Below are positions 37,931 to 47,524 of a DNA stretch of 64,000 bases, one piece after another. This DNA comes from an uncultured SAR86 cluster bacterium (GTDB lineage: Bacteria; Pseudomonadota; Gammaproteobacteria; Magnimaribacterales; AG-339-G14). The notes beneath the pieces were generated by a model. It had not been told where the DNA came from, made no database searches, and was given only the letters and a program-made list of their open reading frames with translations. Each line of letters opens with the position of its first letter. The first letter of the stretch is position 1. The stretch lies in contig CACEVU010000002.1 in assembly GCA_902563105.1 (NCBI GenBank), forward strand, positions 136,618-200,617, written 5' to 3'. The translations under genes and the position numbers were made by a program.

Positions 37931-39850
37931 TTATTTTTTCTCTTCTTTTACTTCTTCAAAATCAGCATCAACAACTTCGTCATTAGAATCTGCTTCATTA
38001 GTTTCCTGAATATCTTGATTTTCTTGACTATTTTGTTGTTGTTCAGCATAAAGCCTTTGCGCTAGAGATGAGGAGGCATCAGCCAAGGCTTTTGTTTTTT
38101 CTTCAATTTTATCTTTGTCTTCACTCTTAAGAATTTCTTCCAGGTTTGTGATTGCGCTTTCAATACTTTCTTTTTCTTCAGCTTCAACTTTATCTGCTGA
38201 TTCTTCAAGAGTTTTCTTGCAGCCATGAATAAGAGTGTCCGCAGCATTTCTAGCTTGAATGAGCTCTTCGAATTTTTTGTCATCTTCTGCATTTGCTTCT
38301 GCATCTTGTACCATTTTTTCTATTTCATCGTCTGAAAGTCCGCTTGAAGCTTGAATCGTTATTGATTGTTCTTTATTAGTTGCTTTGTCCTTTGCAGAGA
38401 CATTTAAAATACCATTAGCATCTATGTCGAAAGAAACTTCAATTTGAGGCATTCCTCTGGGAGCAGCTGGAATACCATCTAAGTTAAATAGACCTAATTG
38501 TTTGTTATCTTTTGCTTGTTTACGCTCTCCCTGAACGACGTTTACAGTAACTGCAGTTTGGTTGTCCTCTGCAGTAGAAAAGATTTGTGACTTATTAGTG
38601 GGAATCGTTGTGTTTTTTTCAATTAGGGGAGTCATGACTCCTCCCATAGTTTCAATACCTAAGGTCAAAGGAGTTACATCTAATAAGAGAATATCTGTAA
38701 CATCGCCGGCAAGCACTGCACCTTGAATAGCCGCTCCTGCAGCGACAGCTTCATCTGGGTTGATATCTTTTCTAGGCTCTTTGCCAAAAAATTCTTTAAC
38801 CTTTTCTTGCACAAGAGGCATCCTTGTTTGACCCCCAACAAGAATTACATCACTAATGTCCGAATTTGAAAGCTTAGCATCCTTTAATGCTATTTCTAAA
38901 GGTTTGAGAGTCTTTGAAACCAAATCGCCCACTAAGGATTCAAGTTTAGCCCTAGTAAGTTTGAGAAGAAGATGCTTTGGCCCTGAAGAATCTGCAGTAA
39001 TATATGGTAAATTAATCTCAGTTTGCTGGTTTGAAGATAGTTCGATTTTCGCTTTCTCAGCTGCTTCTTTCAATCTTTGTATTGCTGAAGAATCCTGAGT
39101 TAGATCAAAATTCTGCTCTTTTTTAAATTCATCAACTAAATAATCTATTAGAACATTATCGAAATCCTCTCCTCCAAGGGAAGTATCTCCATTTGTAGAA
39201 AGTACCTCAAATTGTTTTTCACCATCTATTTCTGCTAATTCTATAATGGATATATCAAAAGTACCTCCACCAAGATCATAAACGGCTACTTTTTGGTCTC
39301 CAGTTTTTTTATCCATTCCAAAAGCCAAGGCAGCAGCAGTCGGTTCATTGATAATTCTTTTAACTTCAAGTCCGGCTATTTTTCCTGCATCTTTAGTTGC
39401 TTGTCTTTGAGAGTCATTAAAATAAGCAGGAACAGTGATTACAGCTTCTTTTACTTCGTGACCTAAATAGTCTTCAGCAGATTTTTTCATTTTAGAAAGA
39501 ACCTGAGCAGAGATTTGCTGAGGCGCGAGTTTTTCTCCTTTTACTTCAACCCAAGCATCGCCATTATCAGATTTGATAATTTTGAAAGGAGTAGATTCAG
39601 CTTCTTTTTTTATTTCACCTTCGAACTTTCTTCCTATTAGCCTTTTGATAGCATACAAAGTGTTTTCAGGATTTGTTACAGCTTGACGCTTTGCACTTTG
39701 ACCTACGATTGTTTCGTTTTCGGTATATGCAACTACTGAAGGTGTAGTTCGATCCCCTTCAGAATTTTCAATTATTTTGGGTTTACCACTTTCTAATACA
39801 GCTACGCATGAATTTGTAGTACCTAAATCAATTCCAATTATTTTAGACAT
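37931..39850 (-). CDS. dnaK: Molecular chaperone DnaK
   Basis: [40 protein letters not shown] 39850 is preceded by GGAG at -7; the ORF-track start at 39862 is a TTG and less likely. Confidence 0.97.
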   Translation of the reverse strand: MSKIIGIDLGTTNSCVAVLESGKPKIIENSEGDRTTPSVVAYTENETIVGQSAKRQAVTNPENTLYAIKRLIGRKFEGEIKKEAESTPFKIIKSDNGDAWVEVKGEKLAPQQISAQVLSKMKKSAEDYLGHEVKEAVITVPAYFNDSQRQATKDAGKIAGLEVKRIINEPTAAALAFGMDKKTGDQKVAVYDLGGGTFDISIIELAEIDGEKQFEVLSTNGDTSLGGEDFDNVLIDYLVDEFKKEQNFDLTQDSSAIQRLKEAAEKAKIELSSNQQTEINLPYITADSSGPKHLLLKLTRAKLESLVGDLVSKTLKPLEIALKDAKLSNSDISDVILVGGQTRMPLVQEKVKEFFGKEPRKDINPDEAVAAGAAIQGAVLAGDVTDILLLDVTPLTLGIETMGGVMTPLIEKNTTIPTNKSQIFSTAEDNQTAVTVNVVQGERKQAKDNKQLGLFNLDGIPAAPRGMPQIEVSFDIDANGILNVSAKDKATNKEQSITIQASSGLSDDEIEKMVQDAEANAEDDKKFEELIQARNAADTLIHGCKKTLEESADKVEAEEKESIESAITNLEEILKSEDKDKIEEKTKALADASSSLAQRLYAEQQQNSQENQDIQETNEADSNDEVVDADFEEVKEEKK

Positions 39851-39878
39851 TTTTAACTCCAATCATTTTCTCATACTT

Positions 39879-39906
39879 ATATAAGGCTAAAGAAAGAAAA
39901 AACAAG
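39879..39906 (-). promoter_or_regulatory. Putative sigma32 (RpoH)-type promoter for dnaK
   Basis: Minus strand reads CTTGTTT-N13-CCTTATAT, against the consensus CTTGAAA-N13/14-CCCCATNT. It sits in the 52-nt grpE-dnaK spacer, with the -10 element ending about 28 nt before the dnaK ATG. Confidence 0.4.
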
Positions 39907-39914
39907 TAAAAAAA

Positions 39915-40478
39915 TTAAATTTTGTTTACTATCACTAGAGCTGGTCTTATTACTCTATCTTGAATTTTGTAACCCTTTTGGATTACTTCTAAAACTATTT
40001 CAGGATCTTTTTGTTGGTCTTGTTTTACAGATAACGCTTCATGAAAATTAGGATCAAATTTTTCTCCTAAAGGGTAAATCTCTTCAATATTGTTTTTTGT
40101 TAGAGCTTGAGATATCTCTTTTAAAACTAACTCTATTAAACTTTGAGGAATTCCATCATTGGAATGTTCTAAAGATCTTTGTAAATTATCTATTGGCGAA
40201 AGGAGATCTTTCGTAATAGATTCAGCAGAATAAATTTTAGCCTTGAGAATTTCTTTTTGAGAAGTTTTTCTAACATTATCAACTTCAGCCTGAGCTCTTA
40301 AAACTTTTTCATCAAGAGATTGTATTTTTTTTTGTAAATCAAGATTTTCACTTTCTGTTTCATCATCAGTTTTGATAGTCGATTCACTGTCATAGGAGCT
40401 TTCTATATCTTCAACTTCTTGATCACTTTTTAGATCTACTGGATTTTCGTTGCTATCTTTTTTTTTATTTGGAGTCAT
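39915..40478 (-). CDS. grpE: Nucleotide exchange factor GrpE
   Basis: Acidic N-terminus, coiled coil, C-terminal FDPNFHEALS...GYKIQDRVIRPALV. 187 aa. Confidence 0.93.
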   Translation of the reverse strand: MTPNKKKDSNENPVDLKSDQEVEDIESSYDSESTIKTDDETESENLDLQKKIQSLDEKVLRAQAEVDNVRKTSQKEILKAKIYSAESITKDLLSPIDNLQRSLEHSNDGIPQSLIELVLKEISQALTKNNIEEIYPLGEKFDPNFHEALSVKQDQQKDPEIVLEVIQKGYKIQDRVIRPALVIVNKI

Positions 40479-40878
40479 TTATAGGTTTAACGTACAAAAC
40501 TAATTTGTGGTCAACAATTTTATAACCATGTTTTTTTGCAATTTTTTCTTGCTCTTCTTCAATTAAATCATTTTTAAACTCAATTACAGTCCCCGAATCA
40601 ATGCAAACCATATGATCATGATGATCATCCGAAACAAGCTCATAAACTGAATAGTTATCTTCAAAATTTTGTTTCATTAAAATTCCTGCTGATTCGAACT
40701 GAGTTAAAACTCTATAAACAGTAGCCAAACCGACTTCATCACCTGCATCCCTTATTTTGTTATAAATATCTTCTGCGCTTAAATGCTTTTGACTAGACTG
40801 CTCAAAAATTTCTAAAATTCGTACTCTAGGTAGAGTAACCTTTAAACCAGCTTTCCTTAAATTTTTATCTTCGCTCAT
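40465..40878 (-). CDS. fur: Ferric uptake regulator
   Basis: LKKAGLKVTLPRVRILEIF, HLSAEDIY, GLATVYRVLTQFESAGIL, HHDHMVC metal site. Confidence 0.93.
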   Translation of the reverse strand: MSEDKNLRKAGLKVTLPRVRILEIFEQSSQKHLSAEDIYNKIRDAGDEVGLATVYRVLTQFESAGILMKQNFEDNYSVYELVSDDHHDHMVCIDSGTVIEFKNDLIEEEQEKIAKKHGYKIVDHKLVLYVKPINDSK

Positions 40879-40904
40879 TTTTGAAAATATGCTTAAATCT
40901 CATA

Positions 40905-41279
40905 GTGAAAAAATTCCTATTAAATCTTATTATAACTTCTTTTTTTCTATATTCTTGTGCCAGTAACTTTTACCAAGTACCCATTGCTCAAGGAAACATC
41001 ATAAGTATTGATATGCTATCGAAACTAGAGAAAGGACTTACCAGAGCACAAGTTCAATATATTATGGGAACTCCCTCAATAAAGGATCCTTTTAATTCAA
41101 CAAAATGGGATTATATTGGATTTGAAATAATTGGTAACGAAGTTTTAAGGGAAGTTCATTACTCTCTTTCTTTTAGAGAAAATAAACTTGAGGACTGGAT
41201 AAAAAAGATAGATACAAATTCAAACGAAAATCTTGAAGATGTTACTGAAAAATTGAATAAAGGAAAATCAGAAGAATAG
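40905..41279 (+). CDS. bamE: Outer membrane protein assembly factor BamE (SmpA/OmlA lipoprotein)
   Basis: Lipoprotein signal ending FFLYSC. QGNIISIDMLSKLEKGLTRAQVQYIMGTP matches the BamE fold signature. Divergent from fur as in Pseudomonas (omlA-fur). A GTG start at 40905 is assumed; the frame is open from the TTG at 40881. Confidence 0.8.
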   Translation: MKKFLLNLIITSFFLYSCASNFYQVPIAQGNIISIDMLSKLEKGLTRAQVQYIMGTPSIKDPFNSTKWDYIGFEIIGNEVLREVHYSLSFRENKLEDWIKKIDTNSNENLEDVTEKLNKGKSEE

Positions 41280-42582
41280 AACCAGGAGAAACATATTTGA
41301 GACAGAAGAAGAATGATTTCAAATAAGACTCATTAGTTCCCAATTCTTTTTTTATCAGATTTCTTGGAAGGTACCAGCCAACTAACAGAGCAATAAAGAA
41401 TCCTCCAACAGGCAACATAATGTTATTTGTTAAATAATCGAGTCCTGACAGAAAAGTAAATCCCATAATTTTTACTTCTGACCAAAGATTAAAAGAAAAG
41501 ATACTCCCCAAGCCAATAACCCAGATTGATATACCCAGTACAAAAACAATAATTTTTCTTTTAAATTTAAGTCTTTCTTCCATCCAAGCCGTAAATGGCT
41601 CAAGCAATGAAATTGCTGAACTCAAGGCAGCGATTGAAAGAAGTATAAAAAAAATAATTGAAAATATACTTCCATAAGGTAGAGAGTAAAAAGCTACAGG
41701 TAAAGTTTCGAAAATCAAACTTGGACCGGCATTTATAGAAAGGTCTACGTTATTAAAGACAATTGGAAATATTGCAATGCCGGCAATTAAAGCTACAAAA
41801 GTGTCTAAAATAATTATTAAAAAAACTGTTTTTCCAATTAATTGTTTTTCTGGAATATAGGCGCCATAGGCCATAATTGCACCCATTCCAATGGATAAAG
41901 AAAAAAATGCTTGGCCCATTGCGCTGATTATGACTTTAGGCGTAAGGGCTGAAAAGTCAGGATTAAAAAGAAAGATCATCGTTTTATTAATATCTCCGAT
42001 TAATGAAGAATAAATGGCAACTAAAACAATAAACAAAAATAAAATTGGCATTAATAAACTTACCGATCTTCCTATGCCTTTGATAACACCATACCCAACT
42101 ATCATGCAAGTTATGATCATAAATACTGAATGCCAAAAAATAAGTTTTAAAGGTGATGCCGCAATATTTGAAAAATATTCAGTCGAATAATTTGATGGAT
42201 TTTCAAGTCCAGGTGGAAAAATATTAAACATGTATGAAAAAGCAATACCTGCGAAAACACTGTAGTAAGATAGAATCAATACTCCTGCAAAGGCGCCAAT
42301 TACTCCTAAATATTTCCAATGACGTTTGAGATTAAAATCTAAAGAAATCTTTTTTAAGGAATTAATAGGACTTTTCCTGCCGTATTTACCTATAAGTATT
42401 TCTGATGCCATTATTGGAAGACCAATAATTAAAATGCACAACAAATAAACCAAAACGAATGCACTTCCTCCGTTTGAACCAACCATGTAAGGAAATTTCC
42501 ATATGTTTCCAAGTCCAACAGCGGATCCTGCAGCGGCTAATATAAAAGTCGAGTTACTTTTCCATATTTTATCATTACTCAT
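41242..42582 (-). CDS. Sodium-dependent transporter, neurotransmitter:sodium symporter (NSS/SNF) family
   Basis: AAAGSAVGLGNIWKFPYMVGSNGGSAFVLVYL signature, about 12 TM, 446 aa. Confidence 0.9.
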   Translation of the reverse strand: MSNDKIWKSNSTFILAAAGSAVGLGNIWKFPYMVGSNGGSAFVLVYLLCILIIGLPIMASEILIGKYGRKSPINSLKKISLDFNLKRHWKYLGVIGAFAGVLILSYYSVFAGIAFSYMFNIFPPGLENPSNYSTEYFSNIAASPLKLIFWHSVFMIITCMIVGYGVIKGIGRSVSLLMPILFLFIVLVAIYSSLIGDINKTMIFLFNPDFSALTPKVIISAMGQAFFSLSIGMGAIMAYGAYIPEKQLIGKTVFLIIILDTFVALIAGIAIFPIVFNNVDLSINAGPSLIFETLPVAFYSLPYGSIFSIIFFILLSIAALSSAISLLEPFTAWMEERLKFKRKIIVFVLGISIWVIGLGSIFSFNLWSEVKIMGFTFLSGLDYLTNNIMLPVGGFFIALLVGWYLPRNLIKKELGTNESYLKSFFFCLKYVSPGSILLIFLYSIFQ

Positions 42583-42621
42583 AGAAGATAATTTTATAGG
42601 CTTTTCAAGAGGTTATACTAG

Positions 42622-43116
42622 TTGAGTAAAATGGTGAAAGACAAGAAAATAAATCGAAAGCCTGTCATTGAAAATCGACAAATAAAATTTAATTACAAGC
42701 TTTTCGATACTTTTGAGGCCGGAATTTCTCTTCTAGGATGGGAAGTTAAATCAATCAGAGCATCTAGTGTAGATATAAAGGACAGCTACATTCTCATGAA
42801 AAAAGGAGAGGCCTTTATTATTGGATTATCAATTACACCCTTAAAAGAAGTAACTCAATCTGTAGATTCTTCTAGGGTAAGAAAACTATTACTAACAAAA
42901 TCAGAATTATCCAAAATCTTCAAAGCTACCCAAGAAAAAGGTCTTACATGTGTTCCTGAAAAAATCTTTTGGAAGGATAATCTAATTAAACTTAAAATAA
43001 GTCTTGGGCAGGGAAAATCTAAATTTGATAAACGAGAAAGTATAAAGAGAAAAGAATGGCAAAGGGAAAAAGAGAAAGCGAAAAAGTTTAATAGCAACTT
43101 TTTGAAAAATAATTAA
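42622..43116 (+). CDS. smpB: SsrA-binding protein SmpB
   Basis: ENRQIKFNYKLFDTFEAGISLLGWEVKSIR is collinear with E. coli SmpB. Basic C-terminal tail. The start is either the TTG at 42622 (AGAGG 9 nt upstream) or the ATG at 42631. Confidence 0.93.
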   Translation: MSKMVKDKKINRKPVIENRQIKFNYKLFDTFEAGISLLGWEVKSIRASSVDIKDSYILMKKGEAFIIGLSITPLKEVTQSVDSSRVRKLLLTKSELSKIFKATQEKGLTCVPEKIFWKDNLIKLKISLGQGKSKFDKRESIKRKEWQREKEKAKKFNSNFLKNN

Positions 43117-43131
43117 AATAAACCCCTTTTT

Positions 43132-43482
43132 GGGGGCGAAATGGATTAGACATCTGTTTTAGAACTAAAAGTGCATGTCGAGTGGGTAACAACCTCGTAA
43201 AAAATAGTTGCAAAACAATTAGTTGGCAATAAAGCAAACTACGCACTAGCCGCATAATTTGGCTAGCTCTATTTACCTAATGCCTATTAGGGTAGATATG
43301 AGTCGATTAATAGGCTGCTTAGAAAAATATTTCTGTGGTTTTTCTAACAAGTTTTTACAGAATACTTTTTAAATATCCTGCTCATCGGAGATTTTAAAAG
43401 GAATAAAAAAGATGAATCTAAACATGTAGAGCTGATAGGGAAAGATTGATGGACGCGGGTTCGATACCCGCCGCCTCCACCA
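43132..43482 (+). ncRNA. ssrA: tmRNA (SsrA), CCA encoded
   Basis: 5' GGGGGCG pairs with 3' CGCCUCC-A-CCA, including a G3:U wobble. T-arm GGACGCGGGUUCGAUACCCGCC. AAAGUGCAUGUCGAG...CCUCGUAAAAAAUAGUU-GCA aligns to E. coli ssrA. Reading frame GCA AAA CAA UUA GUU GGC AAU AAA GCA AAC UAC GCA CUA GCC GCA UAA gives tag AKQLVGNKANYALAA. Confidence 0.95.
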
Positions 43483-43500
43483 TAATTGTATAATCTGTAA

Positions 43501-44268
43501 ATGAAGATCTTTCTCATAAATCTAAAAAGAGCAACAGAAAGGTTAATGTCATGTGAAGAAGAGTTCAGAAAAGCTGGACTTGACTTCAATATAATAGAGG
43601 CGATCGATGGAAAAGAATTAAAGCTTCCTCATGATAATTTTTCTTCAATTAAGTATTCTTTATTACACGGGAAAAAAAGTAATTTAGGCGAATTAGGGTG
43701 TTATCTCAGTCATTTGAAAGTATTGAAAACTTTCATTGAGTCTGAAGAAAATTATGCTTTAGTTTGCGAAGACGATATCAAAATTGACAGTGAAATAAAG
43801 GAAATAGTAGATAAAGCCTTAAATTCAGATATAGATTTTGATCTTCTGCGCCTAAGCGGAGGTAGCAATCCATCTATAGAGAAAGGCATTCCAGTTAAAT
43901 TAAGACAACTGACTGATAAATATCATTTAGCGCTAAATTTTGGATTTAAGTCCGGAACAGGATCATATTTAATAAATAGAAAAGCAGCGGAGGCTATTTT
44001 AAAAAAACTAAAAGTGATGTCGCTACCCATAGATCATGCTATCGATAGAGATTGGCTTTTGAACATAAGATCTCTATGTATCTCACCCTCTCCTATTTTA
44101 TTAAAAGAGGAATTACACCTCCGTAACTCTTTTATAAATGCAACCAAATCTTACAAGTTAAACCCCCTAATTAGATACTGGGCAATGGTGCCTTATAGAT
44201 TTGTGAATGAATTAATAAGAATTTTTTATAAAATATTTATTTGGGTGAAAATAAAAATTGAAGATTGA
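43501..44268 (+). CDS. Glycosyltransferase family 25 (LPS/LOS core glycosyltransferase)
   Basis: MKIFLINLKRATERL...FNIIEAIDG...LGELGCYLSHLKVL...ALVCEDD is the characteristic GT25 (Lic2/LgtB-like) N-terminal layout. 255 aa. Confidence 0.7.
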   Translation: MKIFLINLKRATERLMSCEEEFRKAGLDFNIIEAIDGKELKLPHDNFSSIKYSLLHGKKSNLGELGCYLSHLKVLKTFIESEENYALVCEDDIKIDSEIKEIVDKALNSDIDFDLLRLSGGSNPSIEKGIPVKLRQLTDKYHLALNFGFKSGTGSYLINRKAAEAILKKLKVMSLPIDHAIDRDWLLNIRSLCISPSPILLKEELHLRNSFINATKSYKLNPLIRYWAMVPYRFVNELIRIFYKIFIWVKIKIED

Positions 44269-44301
44269 CAATAGTAAAATTAGTCTTCATCATCGCTCCC
44301 T

Positions 44302-44565
44302 ATGGCAAATATCCAATCAGCAAAAAAACGATCTAGACAGGCCGTTACAAAAAATTCTCTAAAGAGTTCTCAAAGAGCTACTATGAGAACTTTGATAAAG
44401 AGCGTAGAGGATGCTGTAGATCAAAATGATCCTGCCAAAGCTAAAAGTCTTTTTTTATCTACTCAGAAGACTTTAGATAAATTAGCTAATAAAAAGGTTA
44501 TTTCTAAAAATAAAGTTGCTCGCCAAAAATCCAGACTTATTAAATCTATAAAAAACTTAGGCTAA
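44302..44565 (+). CDS. rpsT: 30S ribosomal protein S20
   Basis: MANIQSAKKRSRQ start, 87 aa, basic helical protein. Confidence 0.95.
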   Translation: MANIQSAKKRSRQAVTKNSLKSSQRATMRTLIKSVEDAVDQNDPAKAKSLFLSTQKTLDKLANKKVISKNKVARQKSRLIKSIKNLG

Positions 44566-45342
44566 AAATATTTTAGTTCCTTGTTCTTGATTTTGAATCA
44601 AGTCAATTAAAGCGTTTTTTCTTTTGCCATTCAAAATCCAAACTACTTTTTTGCCCTTTAAAAAATCTTTTGCAGCTTTAATTTTAGTAATCATTCCGCC
44701 TCTGCCAAAAATTCCTGAATTTCCAAAACTAATTGAGTTCATGTTGAAATTATTTAAATTAATTTTATTTATAACTTTTGCATCCTTATTTTGATCGGGA
44801 TTTTTATCGAAAATTCCATTTTGATCCGTCATGATAATTAATTTTTTTGAATTTAGTAGTGATGCAACTTTGCCGCTAAGCCTATCATTATCACCATTTA
44901 GAATTTCTTCTGTAGATATAGAATCATTTTCATTGATAATTGGAATTGCTCCAAGATTTATTAAGTTGGAAATACTTTTTTTAGCATTTTCAGACCTTTT
45001 TTTTACTTTGAAGTCTGAATGACTCAATAAGACTTGAGCTGTTATTAAATCAAATCGTTTTAACTCTTTCTGATAACTATTTATTAAGCCTATTTGACCA
45101 GCAGCCGACAGAGCCTGCAAAAAATCAATCGATTTAGGTTTTGAGTCTAATTTCCATATTTTCATTCCTTGGGCAATTGCACCTGAAGATACTAAAACAA
45201 TATGAAATCCTTTTTTATGTAGTCTATAGATTTGTTCAGATATTATCTTTATAAATTTTAAATTAGGGAGCCCTGATGGAAGAGTTGTCAAACTCGAGCC
45301 GACTTTGATTACTAATAGCTTTGAAAGATTAATTTTCTTCAT
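44557..45342 (-). CDS. proB: Glutamate 5-kinase (no PUA domain)
   Basis: LVIKVGSS, VLVSSGAIAQG, INENDSISTEEI..GDNDRLS. Lies downstream of obgE, the conserved position. 261 aa. Confidence 0.88.
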   Translation of the reverse strand: MKKINLSKLLVIKVGSSLTTLPSGLPNLKFIKIISEQIYRLHKKGFHIVLVSSGAIAQGMKIWKLDSKPKSIDFLQALSAAGQIGLINSYQKELKRFDLITAQVLLSHSDFKVKKRSENAKKSISNLINLGAIPIINENDSISTEEILNGDNDRLSGKVASLLNSKKLIIMTDQNGIFDKNPDQNKDAKVINKINLNNFNMNSISFGNSGIFGRGGMITKIKAAKDFLKGKKVVWILNGKRKNALIDLIQNQEQGTKIFLA

Positions 45343-46339
45343 TTTTTAGTCTGTTTCCAATTTCGCTAACCAATATTTCTAGGCCCTCATTTGAAAAAGA
45401 TGATACACAAAAGACATTCTTATCGCTAAAAAGTTTCTTTATCTCTTTATCAAAATCATTCCTCTTTTCTTGGGGAATTTTATCCATCTTACTAATTATC
45501 ACCCATTGTTCCTTGATATTTAATTCTTCACTAAAACCAGCTAGTTCCTTATTTATTTCAAGGTAAGCTTTTTTTATTTCTTTTAAATCTCCTTCATCTA
45601 AATCAATAAGGTGAAGCAATATTTCTACCCTTGAGAGATGTTTTAAAAAATCTATGCCTAAACCTACTCCTTTTGATGCTCCGGGTATCAATCCAGGGAT
45701 ATCTGCAACAACGAAACTTGAGTAGTTATTTATTTTCACTACTCCTAAATTTGGACTTAGAGTTGTAAAAGGATACTCTGCGATTTTTGGTTTTGCTGAC
45801 GATATTTTAGAAATTAAAGTTGATTTACCTGCATTAGGCTTTCCAAGAAGCCCTACATCAGCTAAAACTTTTAATTCCAGTCTAATTTGAACAATCTCAC
45901 CATCTTGTCCATCAGTGGTTTTACGGGGAGCTCTATTAGTTGAAGATTTAAATCTTGCATTTCCTAGACCGCCCTTTCCTCCTTCTGCTGCTATGTATTC
46001 TTGGTTTGATTCTGTTAAGTCACACAACAATTCATCAGTTTCATCATTGATAAGAGAAGTTCCCATTGGCACTTCCAGGACGGTATCCATACCATCTTTT
46101 CCGTGCATATTTTTTCCTTTTCCTTGTGCTCCATTTTGAGATTTATATTTTCTTTTAAGCTTAAAATCCTGCAAGGTATGTAGGGATTCTTTTGCAATGA
46201 AGTTTACATTTCCTCCCTTACCGCCGTCTCCACCATCAGGACCACCTCTAGGAATGAATTTTTCTCTACGAAAACTAAGGCAGCCATTACCGCCGTCTCC
46301 TGAAGAAATTTCGATTATTGCTTCATCAATGAAGCGCAT
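45329..46339 (-). CDS. obgE: GTPase ObgE/CgtA
   Basis: MRFIDEA...[15 protein letters not shown], Gly-rich Obg fold, G1 [16 protein letters not shown]. 336 aa. Confidence 0.95.
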   Translation of the reverse strand: MRFIDEAIIEISSGDGGNGCLSFRREKFIPRGGPDGGDGGKGGNVNFIAKESLHTLQDFKLKRKYKSQNGAQGKGKNMHGKDGMDTVLEVPMGTSLINDETDELLCDLTESNQEYIAAEGGKGGLGNARFKSSTNRAPRKTTDGQDGEIVQIRLELKVLADVGLLGKPNAGKSTLISKISSAKPKIAEYPFTTLSPNLGVVKINNYSSFVVADIPGLIPGASKGVGLGIDFLKHLSRVEILLHLIDLDEGDLKEIKKAYLEINKELAGFSEELNIKEQWVIISKMDKIPQEKRNDFDKEIKKLFSDKNVFCVSSFSNEGLEILVSEIGNRLKNEEN

Positions 46340-46343
46340 GTTT

Positions 46344-46604
46344 TTATGAAGTTGATTCTATGTTAACGAATTGTTTTAGATTTTTTCCTTTTTTATTAAA
46401 GAAAACTTTTCCTTCACACTTTGCAAAAAGAGTATGGTCTTTTCCTATACCCACATTTTGCCCAGGATGGAATTTAGTGCCTCTCTGTCTAACAAGTATC
46501 TCTCCTGCTGAAACTGCCTGACCGCCATATCTCTTTATTCCAAGCCTTTTTGATTCGGAATCTCTTCCGTTTCTAGAACTTCCACCTGCCTTTTTATGAG
46601 CCAT
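46344..46604 (-). CDS. rpmA: 50S ribosomal protein L27
   Basis: [22 protein letters not shown]...[10 protein letters not shown]. Confidence 0.97.
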   Translation of the reverse strand: MAHKKAGGSSRNGRDSESKRLGIKRYGGQAVSAGEILVRQRGTKFHPGQNVGIGKDHTLFAKCEGKVFFNKKGKNLKQFVNIESTS

Positions 46605-46911
46605 AACTTATTGATTCTATTTTTACTTTAGTTAAATTTTGTCTGTGTCCTTGTTTTTTTCTGTAATCTTGTCTTCTTTTCATCTTAATGATGGTGATCT
46701 TTTTTGTTTTCAAATGATTAATAATTTTTCCCTTTACAACTGCCCCATCTAACAAAGGTTTGCCAATGTTCAGATTTCCATCCTTGATAACTGCTAGAAC
46801 TTCAGGAAATTCTATAGGATCGCCTTCATTGAGAGGTATTTTTTCAAGAAGAATTTCTTCTCCTTCGGAAACTTTATGTTGCTTTCCTCCACTTTTTATT
46901 ACTGCGTACAT
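46594..46911 (-). CDS. rplU: 50S ribosomal protein L21
   Basis: [17 protein letters not shown], 105 aa, upstream of and overlapping rpmA. Confidence 0.96.
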   Translation of the reverse strand: MYAVIKSGGKQHKVSEGEEILLEKIPLNEGDPIEFPEVLAVIKDGNLNIGKPLLDGAVVKGKIINHLKTKKITIIKMKRRQDYRKKQGHRQNLTKVKIESISYGS

Positions 46912-46999
46912 GACTTCAAATTACAAAATAGATGCGAATAGTATAGGATAAAACCTTTCATCGCAATGATTATGGGACTTGCAATAATTGTTTTTAAAA

Positions 47000-47521
47000 A
47001 TGAATCATAAAAATAAAAATAGCTTTTCTAAAGAGGAACTGATTGCATGTTCAAACGGAGAACTTTTTGGTCCTGGAAATGGGCGATTACCCAATAATGA
47101 AATGCTGATGATGGACAGAATTATTGAAATAAATGACTCCAATGGTGAATATAATAATGGAGAAATTCATGGCGAATTAGATATTGAGCCAAACCTATGG
47201 TTCTTTGATTGTCATTTTTCAACCGATCCAGTCATGCCAGGATGTCTTGGTTTGGACGCGATGTGGCAACTATTGGGCTTTTATCTCCTTTGGGAGGGAA
47301 ACAATGGTATCGGAAGAGCTTTGGGATCTGGGCAAGTAAAATTTTATGGGCAGGTTTTACCTAAAGCTAAACTTGTTGAATATAAAATAAGTATAAAGAA
47401 AATAAGAAAACAAAAATTAGTTATTGGGTTTGCTGACGGATTGATGCTTGTTGATGGAAAAGAAATATATTCTGCAAAAGATTTAAGAGTCGGATTGTTT
47501 GAAGATCCTCAAAATTTTTAA
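47000..47521 (+). CDS. fabA: 3-hydroxydecanoyl-ACP dehydratase/isomerase
   Basis: [48 protein letters not shown] 47000 is preferred over the TTG at 46988. Confidence 0.95.
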   Translation: MNHKNKNSFSKEELIACSNGELFGPGNGRLPNNEMLMMDRIIEINDSNGEYNNGEIHGELDIEPNLWFFDCHFSTDPVMPGCLGLDAMWQLLGFYLLWEGNNGIGRALGSGQVKFYGQVLPKAKLVEYKISIKKIRKQKLVIGFADGLMLVDGKEIYSAKDLRVGLFEDPQNF

Positions 47522-47524
47522 GAG

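Noticed and set aside
40458-40466. Homopolymer runs, such as the T9/A9 run in codons 5-7 of grpE and the A7-A10 runs in many genes, as phase-variation switches.
   Set aside because: These are Lys-codon runs (AAA), expected in a very AT-rich genome. They occur in essential genes where on/off switching is implausible. The GT25 gene, the one plausible phase-variable target, has no 5' repeat tract.
43344-43589. 81-aa minus-strand ORF spanning the 3' half of the tmRNA and the start of the GT25 gene.
   Set aside because: The region is fully explained by ssrA (T-arm, acceptor stem, CCA) and the GT25 CDS. The ORF has no RBS or recognisable domain.
43483-44301. Genomic island integrated at the tmRNA 3' end.
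   Set aside because: Only one gene (GT25) lies between ssrA and rpsT. There is no integrase or recombinase, no direct repeat of the ssrA 3' end, and no obvious compositional difference. It is kept only as a low-key note in the tmRNA finding.
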